Shown here: in pieces, positions 44,201 through 53,854 of the stretch
Numbering within the stretch: position 1 is the first letter of the stretch
Layout of the letters: every line of letters starts with the position of its first letter
Virus record (IMG/VR): IMGVR_UViG_3300025416_000002
Location: 16,552-80,551 of that record
Reading direction: 5' to 3' (one strand)
Length of the DNA: 64,000 nt
From: a virus
Taxonomy: Duplodnaviria; Caudoviricetes
Made by a program: the position numbers and the translations under genes
Notes under the pieces: generated by a model
Database searches by the model: none
What the model was told of the DNA's origin: nothing
Seen by the model: only the letters and a program-made list of their open reading frames with translations

Positions 44201-47200
44201 ATGACAGATAAACTTGTCCACCTCCACGTTCACACCGAACACTCATTCCTGGATGGACTTCAGACAGTAGACCAGCTCGTAGATCGAGTGGTATCTCTCG
44301 ACCAAGAAGCTGTAGCTATCACTGACCACGGTGAGTGCAGCGGTCACCTTCGCCTTCAGCATGCAGCTGACAAGGCTGGCATCAAGCCTATCTTCGGTAT
44401 GGAAGGATACTTCACCGACAACCGGTTCGATAAGACTGGTAAGAAGGGTGAGAACTACGACCACATGACCATCGTGGCTATGAATGCCAAAGGTCTGGAG
44501 AACCTGTGGTCTCTGTCGAGTCTAGCTTATATCGAGGGTAGCTACTACGGCAACCCACGCTTTGACTGGGAACTCCTGGAGCGTTACAACGAGGGCCTGA
44601 TCGTTACTGGTGGCTGCATGGGTGGCTGCATTGGTAAGCACCTCAAGGATGATGGTATCTACCAGCGTGCTGTAGAACGTATCAGCCGTTACCAAGCCAT
44701 CTTCGGTGATCGTTTCCACCTTGAGCTGCACACTTACCTTGACCCTGAGAGCAACGAGTGGAACATGCGAGTGGCCGAAGCAGCCATTGACTACAGCGTT
44801 CCTCTGCTTGCTGTCAGCGACGCACACTACGCTGAGCCTGACCACTGGTTTGCTCACGAGCTCATGACTGCTGTGCAGATGGGCAAGACTGTTGACGACC
44901 CCACACGATTCAGCTACGGTCCTAACCAGCTGTGCATCTTCTCAGAGGAGGAGACACGTAGTCGTCTAAGTTATTTGCCTGAGTCACTCGTTGACCAGGC
45001 GATCAATCGCACCAACGAGATTGCACAGATGTGTGATGCCCGTGTACCTGGTGCACGCAAGATGCCTGTGTTCTACAACACTGCAGCGATGGACGAGCGC
45101 AAGCTCCGTGAAACTGTAGAAGAAGGCTTCAAGCGAAAGATCGAAGGCCACGTAACTGAAGAGATGCTCCCTGTCTACCGTGAGCGTATCGAATATGAAA
45201 TGGATGTCATTGTAACCCGTGGGTTCCCGGGGTACTTTCTAACCGTACAAGACATTATTAACTGGAGTAAAAATGAAAACTTTTTGGTTGGTCCTAGCCG
45301 TGGTTCAGTCGGCGGAAGCCTTCTTGCTTATGTTATGGACATCACGGAAGTCGATCCGATCCCTTCTGGCCTTATCTTTGAGCGCTTTCTTAACCCTGAG
45401 CGCGTCTCTATGCCTGATATTGACATTGACATGCCAAAACTTGAGCGTGGAATGGTGCGCGACTATCTGGAGCGTAAGTATGGCCGCAACAATATTGCTT
45501 CTATCGGCACTCTCAACACGTTAGGCGCACGCCAGGCTATCCGAGACCTATGTCGTGGCATGGGCATCAGCAAAGACGATGCAGCAACCATGTCTGACAT
45601 CATCGATGACGACTGGAACATCAAGAACCGTGGTGCAGACTGGGCTACCGTCTACAAGCAGTACCGTTCTGAGTACGCTCCATGGGTTACCAAGTACCCA
45701 CAGCTCTTCGAGACACTGCCTGAGGTAGTCAACCACATCCGCCACGCCAGTGCACACGCTGCAGGCATTGTGATCAGCAAGGAACCACTCGTTGGTGCTA
45801 TGCCATTGCGCTACAGCCAGGTGAACGATGATATCCGTACGCAGTTTGACATGGGCGACATCGATGAGCTGGGCTTTGTCAAGATCGACTTGCTCGGTCT
45901 ACGTACGTTGAGTACACTCATGGCTGCATTGGATCTAATCAAGGAGAACAACGGTGGCACCCTACCTTTTGACCATTTCTATGAATGGAACAACAACTGG
46001 TCAAAGTATTACGACGACGCTGGTGTCTGGGACTCAATTGGCACCGGTCACAATATTGGATGCTTCCAGATCGAGACAGGTTCCCTTAGAAGTTTGGTTA
46101 AGCGATTCCTCCCTCGTAACATCGAAGACCTCTGCACAATGATCGCTATCTATCGTCCGGGTATTACCCGAGCGGTGGATGCAGAAACTGGCTTGAACCT
46201 CCTCGAGATGTACATGCAGAAGCGAGAAGGCAAGCGCAGGGTAACCTACAAGCACCCTAAGCTAGAAAAGATGCTGGGTGTCTCGTACGGTAGTTTCGTG
46301 TACCAGGAGCAGATCATGGAGACCTGCGTCGAGCTCGCTGGGTATACCATCGTAGAGACTGACCGTGTGCGTAAGGCAGTGGCCAAGTCTAACTACGAAG
46401 ACATGGTGGAAGAAGCTGAGATCTTCGTGCGCAAGTGCGTGGAGAACGGCGTAGACAAGGAAGTCGCCAAGTCGATCTTCGATGACATGCGTGCCTTTGG
46501 TATGTATGGATTCAACAAGTCTCACGGTTATGGCTACTCCATGCTGACCTACTGGACTGCCTGGACCAAGCACCACTACCCGCGTGAGTACATGACTGCG
46601 CTGTTCCGTACCAACCCCAAGGACAATGTGGTCTACACCCGTGAGGCTCGTCGCATGGGCATCGAGGTGCTGGGACCTGACATCAACGAGAGCGGTGGCA
46701 ACTTCACCCTTACCAAGTCAGGCAGCATCCGCTATGGCTTGAATAGTGTCAAGTACATCTCTGGCTCTGCCCAGGAGCTACAGAAGCTGGGTCCATTCTC
46801 AAGCATGGAAGACTTCGCAACGCGTGTCCCATCGAAGAAGGTGAACAAGCGTGCTGTCATTGCCATGATCAAGTGCGGTGTGTTCGACAGCATCTGTGGA
46901 GACGCTCGGACAGCTCTGCGCCAGTACCTCGAATACCGTAAGGAGAAGAACCTTGATAATCCTTGTAGCCCTGATTGCCCTCATTGCATTGGACATCTCA
47001 CTACATTTGATTGCTACGCAGATCTGCAAGAGAATGTCATGGCTCGCGGACAAAACGAGCATGAGCTACTGGGGACTATGGTTAGTGTCGATCCTCTTGC
47101 TGATTATCTGGGCATCATAGAAGAAGAGCACAATTTCCCTGGAGAGAAGAAGATGTTCCAGGGAGAGAAGGCTATGATCGGTGGGATGATCTCCCAAGTC

Positions 47201-47482
47201 AAGGAGCTGGTCACCAAGAAGGGCAAGAACCCTGGGGCGGAGATGTGCCAGGTGTGGATCGAGCTGCCCATTGACAACCTTGACGATGAGCTCATGCTTG
47301 ACGAAGATGTAGAATCAACCAAGGATGACAACGTCCAGGTGGTAGCATTCCCTGATACGTATAAGCGTATCAAGGAAGATATCCAGGTGGGTACCCCCGT
47401 CCTGGTAGAGGTGCAGAAGCTCCGTGATGGATTAAGTCTTCGCAGCATCTTCCGTCTTGACAAAATCAAAGAAGCCTGCTAG
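44201..47482 (+). CDS. dnaE: DNA polymerase III alpha subunit (family C)
   Basis: PHP HLHVH..SFLDG, RGSVGGSL, PDIDID, HAAGIV, KIDLLGL, GFNKSH, PDINES. Confidence 0.96.
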   Translation: MTDKLVHLHVHTEHSFLDGLQTVDQLVDRVVSLDQEAVAITDHGECSGHLRLQHAADKAGIKPIFGMEGYFTDNRFDKTGKKGENYDHMTIVAMNAKGLENLWSLSSLAYIEGSYYGNPRFDWELLERYNEGLIVTGGCMGGCIGKHLKDDGIYQRAVERISRYQAIFGDRFHLELHTYLDPESNEWNMRVAEAAIDYSVPLLAVSDAHYAEPDHWFAHELMTAVQMGKTVDDPTRFSYGPNQLCIFSEEETRSRLSYLPESLVDQAINRTNEIAQMCDARVPGARKMPVFYNTAAMDERKLRETVEEGFKRKIEGHVTEEMLPVYRERIEYEMDVIVTRGFPGYFLTVQDIINWSKNENFLVGPSRGSVGGSLLAYVMDITEVDPIPSGLIFERFLNPERVSMPDIDIDMPKLERGMVRDYLERKYGRNNIASIGTLNTLGARQAIRDLCRGMGISKDDAATMSDIIDDDWNIKNRGADWATVYKQYRSEYAPWVTKYPQLFETLPEVVNHIRHASAHAAGIVISKEPLVGAMPLRYSQVNDDIRTQFDMGDIDELGFVKIDLLGLRTLSTLMAALDLIKENNGGTLPFDHFYEWNNNWSKYYDDAGVWDSIGTGHNIGCFQIETGSLRSLVKRFLPRNIEDLCTMIAIYRPGITRAVDAETGLNLLEMYMQKREGKRRVTYKHPKLEKMLGVSYGSFVYQEQIMETCVELAGYTIVETDRVRKAVAKSNYEDMVEEAEIFVRKCVENGVDKEVAKSIFDDMRAFGMYGFNKSHGYGYSMLTYWTAWTKHHYPREYMTALFRTNPKDNVVYTREARRMGIEVLGPDINESGGNFTLTKSGSIRYGLNSVKYISGSAQELQKLGPFSSMEDFATRVPSKKVNKRAVIAMIKCGVFDSICGDARTALRQYLEYRKEKNLDNPCSPDCPHCIGHLTTFDCYADLQENVMARGQNEHELLGTMVSVDPLADYLGIIEEEHNFPGEKKMFQGEKAMIGGMISQVKELVTKKGKNPGAEMCQVWIELPIDNLDDELMLDEDVESTKDDNVQVVAFPDTYKRIKEDIQVGTPVLVEVQKLRDGLSLRSIFRLDKIKEAC

Positions 47483-47510
47483 TGTCGTCATCAGTAGGAA
47501 AGGAGTGCGA

Positions 47511-47654
47511 ATGGCTCGTAATAAAAATATGAAAAAGTGGCAGTGCCCAAAGTGCAAGGGAGAAGTAGAAGCTCTTGCTAGCGCAGTGACACACCGTTGT
47601 CCGAGCAATAAGAATGCATTCACAGCATACGAACTCATCGAGGAGGGTGAGTAA
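47511..47654 (+). CDS. Small zinc-ribbon protein
   Basis: AAAGGAG RBS; WQCPKC...HRCP. Confidence 0.55.
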   Translation: MARNKNMKKWQCPKCKGEVEALASAVTHRCPSNKNAFTAYELIEEGE

Positions 47655-47968
47655 TGGAAAAAGAATTTGAATACCAGCAGCTAGAAAACACCAGTGCGAT
47701 GTTGTATGCGCACGCCGATGGAAAGTGCATGGGAGAAGTCTGCACTTTTCACAAGCGTACGGACCACAGTATGCGACGCTTCCCACAGCTCTGGAGAGGT
47801 GATCGCAAGATCATGGAGCGCATCTGCCCTCACAACATCGGTCACCCAGACCCAGATGAGTATAAGATCGTCGAAGGGATTGACGACGGCACCCACGCAT
47901 GTGATGGTTGCTGCATCCCATTCTCAGATGTCGAGCCCGAGTACTACAAGGATAAGACGGAAGAGTAG
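47654..47968 (+). CDS. Cys/His-rich metal-binding phage protein
   Basis: CMGEVCTFH, ERICPHNIGHPDPD, HACDGCC. Confidence 0.65.
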   Translation: MEKEFEYQQLENTSAMLYAHADGKCMGEVCTFHKRTDHSMRRFPQLWRGDRKIMERICPHNIGHPDPDEYKIVEGIDDGTHACDGCCIPFSDVEPEYYKDKTEE

Positions 47969-47970
47969 TC

Positions 47971-48093
47971 GTGCAAATCACTATTGATATTGATCCAAGA
48001 ACGTATGCGAACATGATGCGAGAGGCTCAATACTACAGAATTTCTGATGTAGAAGAATTTATCGAGTACAAACTAGAGGAGCTGTATGGCTAG
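47971..48093 (+). CDS. Small hypothetical protein (ribbon-helix-helix-like)
   Basis: GTG start; MQITIDID..MREAQYY..VEEFIEYKLEE; fills a gap. Confidence 0.35.
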   Translation: MQITIDIDPRTYANMMREAQYYRISDVEEFIEYKLEELYG

Positions 48094-49198
48094 AGCCGAT
48101 GCAATTGATAAGCTAATCGCTGATCTAAACAAGTTCACCCCTGAGGGATCAACCAAGCCACTGGTACTACGTGGTAACAACATCGAGAAGGTGAATGCCA
48201 TCCCATGCTTCACACCCGCACTAGCTTATTTGCTAGGCATTGGTGGTTGGCCTGAGGGTAAGCTCATCGAGTTCTTCGGTAAGGAGCACTCGGGTAAGAC
48301 TTCGTTCGCCATCATGGCACTGAAGGACTGCTACGACTACTACAAGGGCGAGAAGATGGTGGCCATCATCGACCTCGAGCACCGCTTTAACCCTGAGTGG
48401 GCAGAGAAGCTTGGCCTGAAGATCGATGAGAACCTTATCGTTGTACAGCCACCAGACGCTGAGACTGGCACTGACATGATGGTTGCACTCATCAAGAGCA
48501 AGGAGATCGGTGCGATCGTCTGGGACTCAGTTGGTGCAGCAGCTACCAAGCACAGCATGCAGCAGCTCACAGACAAGAACGACAAGATGGGTGGCAACGC
48601 TGCAGTGATGAAGCGTAACGTCCAGACCGTTGCTCCGTTGGCCAACCTCTATGGTGTTACTTGCTTCTACCTGAACCAGCTCCGTGCTGACATGGATGGA
48701 TACAACCGTCCTATGACCCCAGGTGGCCACGCAGTTAAGCACGCTATGAGTGTGCGTATCTACCTACGCCCAGGAAGTGACAAGTACTTTGACAAGATCA
48801 ATGGCGAGAACACTCAGGTTGGCAATCCTATCGTTGTTAAGACGGTAAAGAATTCCTATGGCCCTCCCTTCCGTGAGGGTTGGACTGACTTCTACAGTCA
48901 GCCATGTGCATTCCTGGATCACCCAGGCATTGACACACGTAGAGACCTCGCACGTATGGGTATCCTTTTGGGGGTAGCTAATCGTGCAGGAGCTTGGTTC
49001 ACCTGGCGTGACATCAAGGCACAAGGCCGTGACTCGTTCTTTGAGCAGATCTGGAACAGCGGCAAGGCAGAAGAGTTCGAGGCAGAGATTATCGATGCCA
49101 TTAAGAAGGGATCAGGAATTACAGAGGTCGAAGGCGATGAGTTCTTTGGCCGACCACTAACAGCAGACACAGACGATCTGCACGATCCAGAAGTTTAG
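48086..49198 (+). CDS. recA: RecA-like recombinase
   Basis: IEFFGKEHSGKT, IDLEH, IVWDSVGA, NQLR, TPGGHAVKH, VKNSYGPP. Confidence 0.93.
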   Translation: MARADAIDKLIADLNKFTPEGSTKPLVLRGNNIEKVNAIPCFTPALAYLLGIGGWPEGKLIEFFGKEHSGKTSFAIMALKDCYDYYKGEKMVAIIDLEHRFNPEWAEKLGLKIDENLIVVQPPDAETGTDMMVALIKSKEIGAIVWDSVGAAATKHSMQQLTDKNDKMGGNAAVMKRNVQTVAPLANLYGVTCFYLNQLRADMDGYNRPMTPGGHAVKHAMSVRIYLRPGSDKYFDKINGENTQVGNPIVVKTVKNSYGPPFREGWTDFYSQPCAFLDHPGIDTRRDLARMGILLGVANRAGAWFTWRDIKAQGRDSFFEQIWNSGKAEEFEAEIIDAIKKGSGITEVEGDEFFGRPLTADTDDLHDPEV

Positions 49199-49280
49199 TT
49201 ATGACAATCGCATACCCGTATGAAAACAACCAAAGCTATGAAAACGACATAGCTGAAGAATATAGAAACAAGGAGCAATA

Positions 49281-49472
49281 ATGCAAGTTGGAGACACAGT
49301 AGTATCCGTAACGTCAGTTGGCACTATCGTTGGTGTTGCAAGTTCAGGCAACCCAGTCGTTGAATGGGCTGGAACCTACACAGAATTTGAAGAATTGGCA
49401 CCAGAAGATCTCATTATTGTAGAGCTTCCTAAGCCTACTGATGAGCTCGACCCATCGAAGGACACCGAATGA
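49281..49472 (+). CDS. Hypothetical protein (SH3-like)
   Basis: AAGGAG RBS; MQVGDTVV..GTIVGV..VVEW..EELAPEDL. Confidence 0.55.
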   Translation: MQVGDTVVSVTSVGTIVGVASSGNPVVEWAGTYTEFEELAPEDLIIVELPKPTDELDPSKDTE

Positions 49473-49630
49473 GTGAAGAAGAATACGAAGGCGTAACGCT
49501 CTACGTTGATGCTGAAGGCTGGCCAGATAACCTAGCCGGTCTCGTCATCAGCGAGCAGAAGGTTTACATGGAGAACGGAAAGGTTAAGATCATCGGTGAC
49601 CCAATCTGGAAGCTGGGATCTGATGGCTGA
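49469..49630 (+). CDS. Small hypothetical protein (53 aa)
   Basis: ATGA overlap; not in the supplied track. Confidence 0.45.
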   Translation: MSEEEYEGVTLYVDAEGWPDNLAGLVISEQKVYMENGKVKIIGDPIWKLGSDG

Positions 49631-49802
49631 TTACGTACCAAAGAAAGCCAAGTGCAAGAACTGTCTGAGAAAATTTGGTAACGACAGGGATATTCTCCTC
49701 GGTGCTGATGGTACCTGGGTGCACACTTTCAATGATGGATTGCATTACCCTGAGCGTTGTAACCTCTGGGAGAGCTGGAAAGCAGAACCAATAGATGAGT
49801 GA
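49623..49802 (+). CDS. Small Cys/His protein
   Basis: CKNC...WVH...C...AEP pattern. Confidence 0.5.
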   Translation: MADYVPKKAKCKNCLRKFGNDRDILLGADGTWVHTFNDGLHYPERCNLWESWKAEPIDE

Positions 49803-50103
49803 GTTTGAAAAGGTGATCGCTGAGATTACAGCCCTGCACGATAAGAAGCAGTCAGACTATGGTAGACCAGAAGAGGGTGACCCCTTTGCCAACGTTCGTG
49901 CCAGCGAAGACTTCGGTATTCCTGGCTGGCTTGGTGCTGTCATCCGTGCCAACGACAAGGTACGACGCATTCAGAAGTTCGCACGTGGTGGCACCATGGT
50001 CAATGAGTCAGTAGAAGATTCACTAATGGACGCTGCAGTGTATTTTATTATTGCACTGTGCTTGTTTAGGGAGAATGATGGCAGAGCAACTCCGACTGTT
50101 TGA
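49795..50103 (+). CDS. Nucleotide-modification-associated domain 1 (DUF1599-like) protein
   Basis: KKQSDYG, DPFANV, IRANDKVRRI, ESVEDSLMDAAVY. Confidence 0.75.
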   Translation: MSEFEKVIAEITALHDKKQSDYGRPEEGDPFANVRASEDFGIPGWLGAVIRANDKVRRIQKFARGGTMVNESVEDSLMDAAVYFIIALCLFRENDGRATPTV

Positions 50104-50338
50104 TCCAGCTGATTACCTTGACATGGATGGTCAATGGTGTATCGAGTTAGATCTTGACGATGAAGAATTGGAACTTCTACAAAACTCTGCTACCATTGAA
50201 GGTGTTGATTTAAATACTTACATCATCGATGCCATCAAGGCATCTATTAAGTCAGAAGAGAGTAAGAATGCAAACGTTTCTGCCGTACGCGAATTTCAGC
50301 CAGACAGCGAAGGTTCTAGACCGTCAACGCTTGGGTAA
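50078..50338 (+). CDS. Hypothetical protein
   Basis: GGGAG RBS; IELDLDDEELELLQNSATIEGVDLNTYI resembles small DNA-binding proteins. Confidence 0.45.
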   Translation: MAEQLRLFDPADYLDMDGQWCIELDLDDEELELLQNSATIEGVDLNTYIIDAIKASIKSEESKNANVSAVREFQPDSEGSRPSTLG

Positions 50339-50696
50339 GCAACGGGTTGAGACCCTACAGATTATGAAGGCTCTCAACGACCCTACATATGGTTGGCAGA
50401 ACCACCCAGCTGTACAGATGTGGCGTGGTCACCGTGGTGCCTTGATGATGTACCAGCGTGCAATCTGCCAAGAGTGGGTATCACGTGGCTACAAGGACAC
50501 ATGCCTCGACAAGACCGAAGTAATGGTTGAGAACGTACCGCAGCAAGAATGGCAGAGCCCAGCATGGCTCGGTAGCTATGCACTGCACGAAAGTCACCGC
50601 AGCAATTTGATCCGCAAGTTCCCAGAATACTACAATCAATACTGGGACACAGATGATGACCTGCCATATGTTTGGCCAACGGAGGAGCTGGTATGA
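50268..50696 (+). CDS. Pyrimidine-dimer DNA glycosylase-like protein (DenV/MSMEG_6728 family)
   Basis: MQTFLPY, LDRQRLGKQRVETLQI, WQNHPAVQMWRG, SHRSNLIRK, LPYVWP. Confidence 0.85.
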   Translation: MQTFLPYANFSQTAKVLDRQRLGKQRVETLQIMKALNDPTYGWQNHPAVQMWRGHRGALMMYQRAICQEWVSRGYKDTCLDKTEVMVENVPQQEWQSPAWLGSYALHESHRSNLIRKFPEYYNQYWDTDDDLPYVWPTEELV

Positions 50697-51091
50697 GCAA
50701 GAGATGCAGAGACTGTAACCAGCTGATCGAACTGAACGACAACAGCGATTACTTCCACTTGCCACCTATGGTTGAGGAATGTGATGCCATGTTCCCATTC
50801 CCTCTGGAAGATGCAGAGACCACAGAAGACATCGTGAAGTTCTATGAGAACATTACGCTCGAGCAACTGAACGATCAAGCCAACCAGACTCGCTATGGTG
50901 TCAAGGCGGTAGAGCGTGAGTATGCTTTGAAGTCTCAGCAGTTTCGTTCGGAAGAATTACTGCTCGAAAAGATCTACGAGAGTCTGTGCAGGGCGAAGCC
51001 AGAAGATGGTGAATGGAACGAATGTCTTGACGCTCTGTGGGACATCATAGAAGAGCACAACGAAAACAACCAGTGGAGATTGCGTAAGTGA
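50693..51091 (+). CDS. Hypothetical protein with N-terminal CxxC
   Basis: GGAGG RBS before ATG 50693. Confidence 0.5.
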   Translation: MSKRCRDCNQLIELNDNSDYFHLPPMVEECDAMFPFPLEDAETTEDIVKFYENITLEQLNDQANQTRYGVKAVEREYALKSQQFRSEELLLEKIYESLCRAKPEDGEWNECLDALWDIIEEHNENNQWRLRK

Positions 51092-51354
51092 ACAGTCCAT
51101 ATAACATCTGGGCTATAAAGTATGATGGCAGACGTATGCATGTGGAGTATGCTACACGATTGCCACGTAAGTTAAAGAAGATTGCTAAAATAATTTTTGA
51201 AGCAACAGGAGATGAACATGACAATTTTGTTGTTGTTAGTCCTAATTTTCATACTATTACGGAAGGAATAACATGGGGCTTTTCCAACAAAAGTTCAGCC
51301 AGCGACAAGAGCGAGAGCTTGAAGAACAGTGGCCTCTTGCCAAGCGAACAGTAG
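51088..51354 (+). CDS. Hypothetical protein
   Basis: GTGA overlap; AT-rich; 3' end overlaps the next gene. Confidence 0.35.
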   Translation: MNSPYNIWAIKYDGRRMHVEYATRLPRKLKKIAKIIFEATGDEHDNFVVVSPNFHTITEGITWGFSNKSSASDKSESLKNSGLLPSEQ

Positions 51355-51695
51355 GCTCCGGCAACAAGTGGGAGAAGGGTGACCTCTCCACACAAGAGCA
51401 GCACATGATCGAGTTCGTCATCGAAGCGAAGTCTACGCAGGCTGCATCGTTTAGCATCACCAAGAAGATCTGGGATACCATCAAGGGTCACGCTCAGGAT
51501 CGTAGCTGGCTAGCTAGACCTATCCTAGCAATCAGACTGTACGGTGCAACTGAGCAGCCATCCACATGGGGTGGTACGACCTCCCATACACCAGATACTC
51601 TGCCAGTTGAACTTGATCTAATCTGTATGGACAAGGATGACTTCCTTGAGCTATACTACGACTACATACGTTTAAAGGAAAAAGAAAATGAGTAG
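51273..51695 (+). CDS. PD-(D/E)xK Holliday-junction-resolvase-like nuclease
   Basis: GSGNKWEKGDL...VIEAKST...FSIT. Confidence 0.7.
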   Translation: MGLFQQKFSQRQERELEEQWPLAKRTVGSGNKWEKGDLSTQEQHMIEFVIEAKSTQAASFSITKKIWDTIKGHAQDRSWLARPILAIRLYGATEQPSTWGGTTSHTPDTLPVELDLICMDKDDFLELYYDYIRLKEKENE

Positions 51696-52443
51696 CTTTC
51701 TCGAGCGTACGCTAGCTGCGTACCAGAATGACGAACCGATCACGCGTTACATCGAAGAAGCTTTGATGATGGGTGACGTGTTCCCTGAGGAGTACCCTGT
51801 CAAGGTATTCAACAAGGAACGTAAATTTGATAACATGTATCACCCTTCTTCAGACGTAACGGCAGGGGAATTGCGCCTTTATTATAAATTCCACCCTGAA
51901 GAAAGGCTAAAATGTCAAGAAGAAAGAATCACTCCAACCCTCGCTATGACTTTCCAAGTTGGTTCGGTTTTTCACTCGGTGCTTCAGAATCTGCTTATAC
52001 ACCTGGGATTTACCACGTTGGACAAGGTAGAGGTGAAGTTCCGCAACGAGGAACGGATGATTGCTGGGGCCGTAGATGTGCTGGAGCTTGTAACGCCTGA
52101 TGGAGATAAGTTTCTTGTAGACATCAAGAGCACCAACCAGCTTCCCAAAGAAGCGAGTGAGCAATATGCCATGCAACTCAGAGTGTACCAGGACAACTGC
52201 CCTGATGCACCTGACCGCATGGCTTTGCTATTTATCCAGAAGGCTTACCCGCACAAGATCAAAACGATTGAAGTAAAGAAAGATCAAGATGCGTTGGATA
52301 AACTATACGACAAGTGGGACCGTGTTCGAGTGGCCATCAGAAAGTCTGATCCATCTGGACTACAGTCCTGTTGCAACGGCCCTACAGATGAAATTTTTCT
52401 TAGCTGCCCTGCACGGAAAATCTGTCACCTTTGGAATGCATGA
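51688..52443 (+). CDS. Cas4/RecB-like PD-(D/E)xK exonuclease
   Basis: GSVFH, GAVD, LVDIKST, QLRVY; C-terminal CC..C..C cluster. Confidence 0.8.
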   Translation: MSSFLERTLAAYQNDEPITRYIEEALMMGDVFPEEYPVKVFNKERKFDNMYHPSSDVTAGELRLYYKFHPEERLKCQEERITPTLAMTFQVGSVFHSVLQNLLIHLGFTTLDKVEVKFRNEERMIAGAVDVLELVTPDGDKFLVDIKSTNQLPKEASEQYAMQLRVYQDNCPDAPDRMALLFIQKAYPHKIKTIEVKKDQDALDKLYDKWDRVRVAIRKSDPSGLQSCCNGPTDEIFLSCPARKICHLWNA

Positions 52444-52649
52444 TCATGGGGAAGAAACTAGACAGAGTGACCAGTCACCTCAGGATCTTGATGATCGAGG
52501 CGATGCAGAAGAGCTACAATAGAGGCAGTGATTACGATCACGGCTACGCTCAGGGTATGTTTGAAGCCATGCGCATCATGGACGACGAACGCATGGGGCG
52601 TGGTAAAGTCTGGAAGCTTCCAACAAGAAAGAATGAGGAACTAAGATGA
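52440..52649 (+). CDS. Hypothetical protein
   Basis: ATGA overlap; YDHGYAQG pattern. Confidence 0.45.
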   Translation: MIMGKKLDRVTSHLRILMIEAMQKSYNRGSDYDHGYAQGMFEAMRIMDDERMGRGKVWKLPTRKNEELR

Positions 52650-52804
52650 AAAGCAACTTGTGGCCACCAGTCTTGTGCATGCTATCAATCATTTCAGTGC
52701 TGTTAGTGATTAATGCTACATACCCTTGGGAACTGGCGTTTGTATTTGTTCCTATCATTTGTCTGATTGCATTCTATAAATGGCTGGATGACCATAACCT
52801 CTAG
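52646..52804 (+). CDS. Small membrane protein (52 aa, two hydrophobic segments)
   Basis: ATGA overlap; PVLCMLSIISVLLVINA and LAFVFVPIICLIAFY; not in the supplied track. Confidence 0.4.
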   Translation: MKSNLWPPVLCMLSIISVLLVINATYPWELAFVFVPIICLIAFYKWLDDHNL

Positions 52805-52888
52805 CTTGAAAGTATGGTTGTAAATGTTAGTTGCAATTCTATCGACGTTGCTTTTTATTGTGTCGATTTCTAATCTTAGGCGGGGTCG

Positions 52889-53236
52889 ATGACCAACCCT
52901 AACAAGGCCAAGGGTAGCAAATGGGAGCTTGACGTTGCTAAGTACTTCAACGAGCGTGGCTTTGCAGAAGTGGAACGTCGCTACGGTGCAGGAGCTACTC
53001 TGGACAAGGGTGACATCAACGGTGTCAAGGATACTGTTGTAGAGGCTAAGAACTGGAAGAAGATCGAGCTGTCCACTATCATGGATGAGGCCCTGGTCGA
53101 GCAAAAGAATGCCAAGAAGAAGTTCGGTATCAGTGTGATCAAGCGTCGTAACCGCAACGTGAAAGAAGCATACGTAGTAATGACTCTGGAGCAATGGGTT
53201 GATCTCTATTCTGCCTATGTGCAGAATAATTCGTAG
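52889..53236 (+). CDS. Holliday junction resolvase (Hjc-type)
   Basis: NKAKGSKWE, DKGDI, VVEAKN, VIKRR..AYVVMTLEQW. Confidence 0.85.
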   Translation: MTNPNKAKGSKWELDVAKYFNERGFAEVERRYGAGATLDKGDINGVKDTVVEAKNWKKIELSTIMDEALVEQKNAKKKFGISVIKRRNRNVKEAYVVMTLEQWVDLYSAYVQNNS

Positions 53237-53296
53237 TAAACCATGTATTCTCTATTTAACCGATAGATTATATCATATTTAAGGAACAGGAAAGAA

Positions 53297-53851
53297 ATGA
53301 GCTTTAGTAAGGGAATCAACCGTGGACTCGAGGGCTTGACTGAGCCAGAACTTGGTGTAGGCCACGACGATAAGTTCGGTGAGCTGCATGAGTTCGCTGT
53401 ACGAGCCTTCACATGGAAGACTAAGCCAGAAGATCTGGCTATGCTCGATACAATCGAACGTGTTGTCGATGAATTCATGAGAGAATATATTGACCCTGCT
53501 GAAGTAATTATCGCACGGTTCAATACAGATAAGAGTATGAACGACGATGAGGCAGATAGGTTATTCCTGAACCTCCAGAGTGCTATCACCGCTATTGAGG
53601 AAGAAGTAACGCGCAGATACTTGAAAGCGCAATATTCTTATTATATGCTAGATGACAAGTACTGGAACGCTTGGCGCAAACCAACCGGGGGTACCCAAAA
53701 AGACCTGGAAGCAGTTGCCAAGATGGAAACTCGCGAAGACAGGCAGTTTTATTTTGTACAATACGCCGCCTGGAGAATGATCAATGACAAGGTGCAGAGC
53801 CTAAAAGCTACGCAACGATACATTCAACAGCAGATATATCGAAGAAGTTAA
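53297..53851 (+). CDS. Hypothetical helical protein
   Basis: 184 aa with a strong RBS; coiled C-terminal half. Confidence 0.6.
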   Translation: MSFSKGINRGLEGLTEPELGVGHDDKFGELHEFAVRAFTWKTKPEDLAMLDTIERVVDEFMREYIDPAEVIIARFNTDKSMNDDEADRLFLNLQSAITAIEEEVTRRYLKAQYSYYMLDDKYWNAWRKPTGGTQKDLEAVAKMETREDRQFYFVQYAAWRMINDKVQSLKATQRYIQQQIYRRS

Positions 53852-53854
53852 CAA

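Noticed and set aside
46502-46525. Intein at the classic DnaE site, or in DnaB/RecA
   Set aside because: The sequence reads YGFNKSH uninterrupted; protein lengths are normal and I saw no splice-junction motifs
51688-52443. CRISPR-Cas system suggested by the Cas4-like gene
   Set aside because: No repeat-spacer array or cas1/cas2; stand-alone Cas4-like nucleases are common in phages
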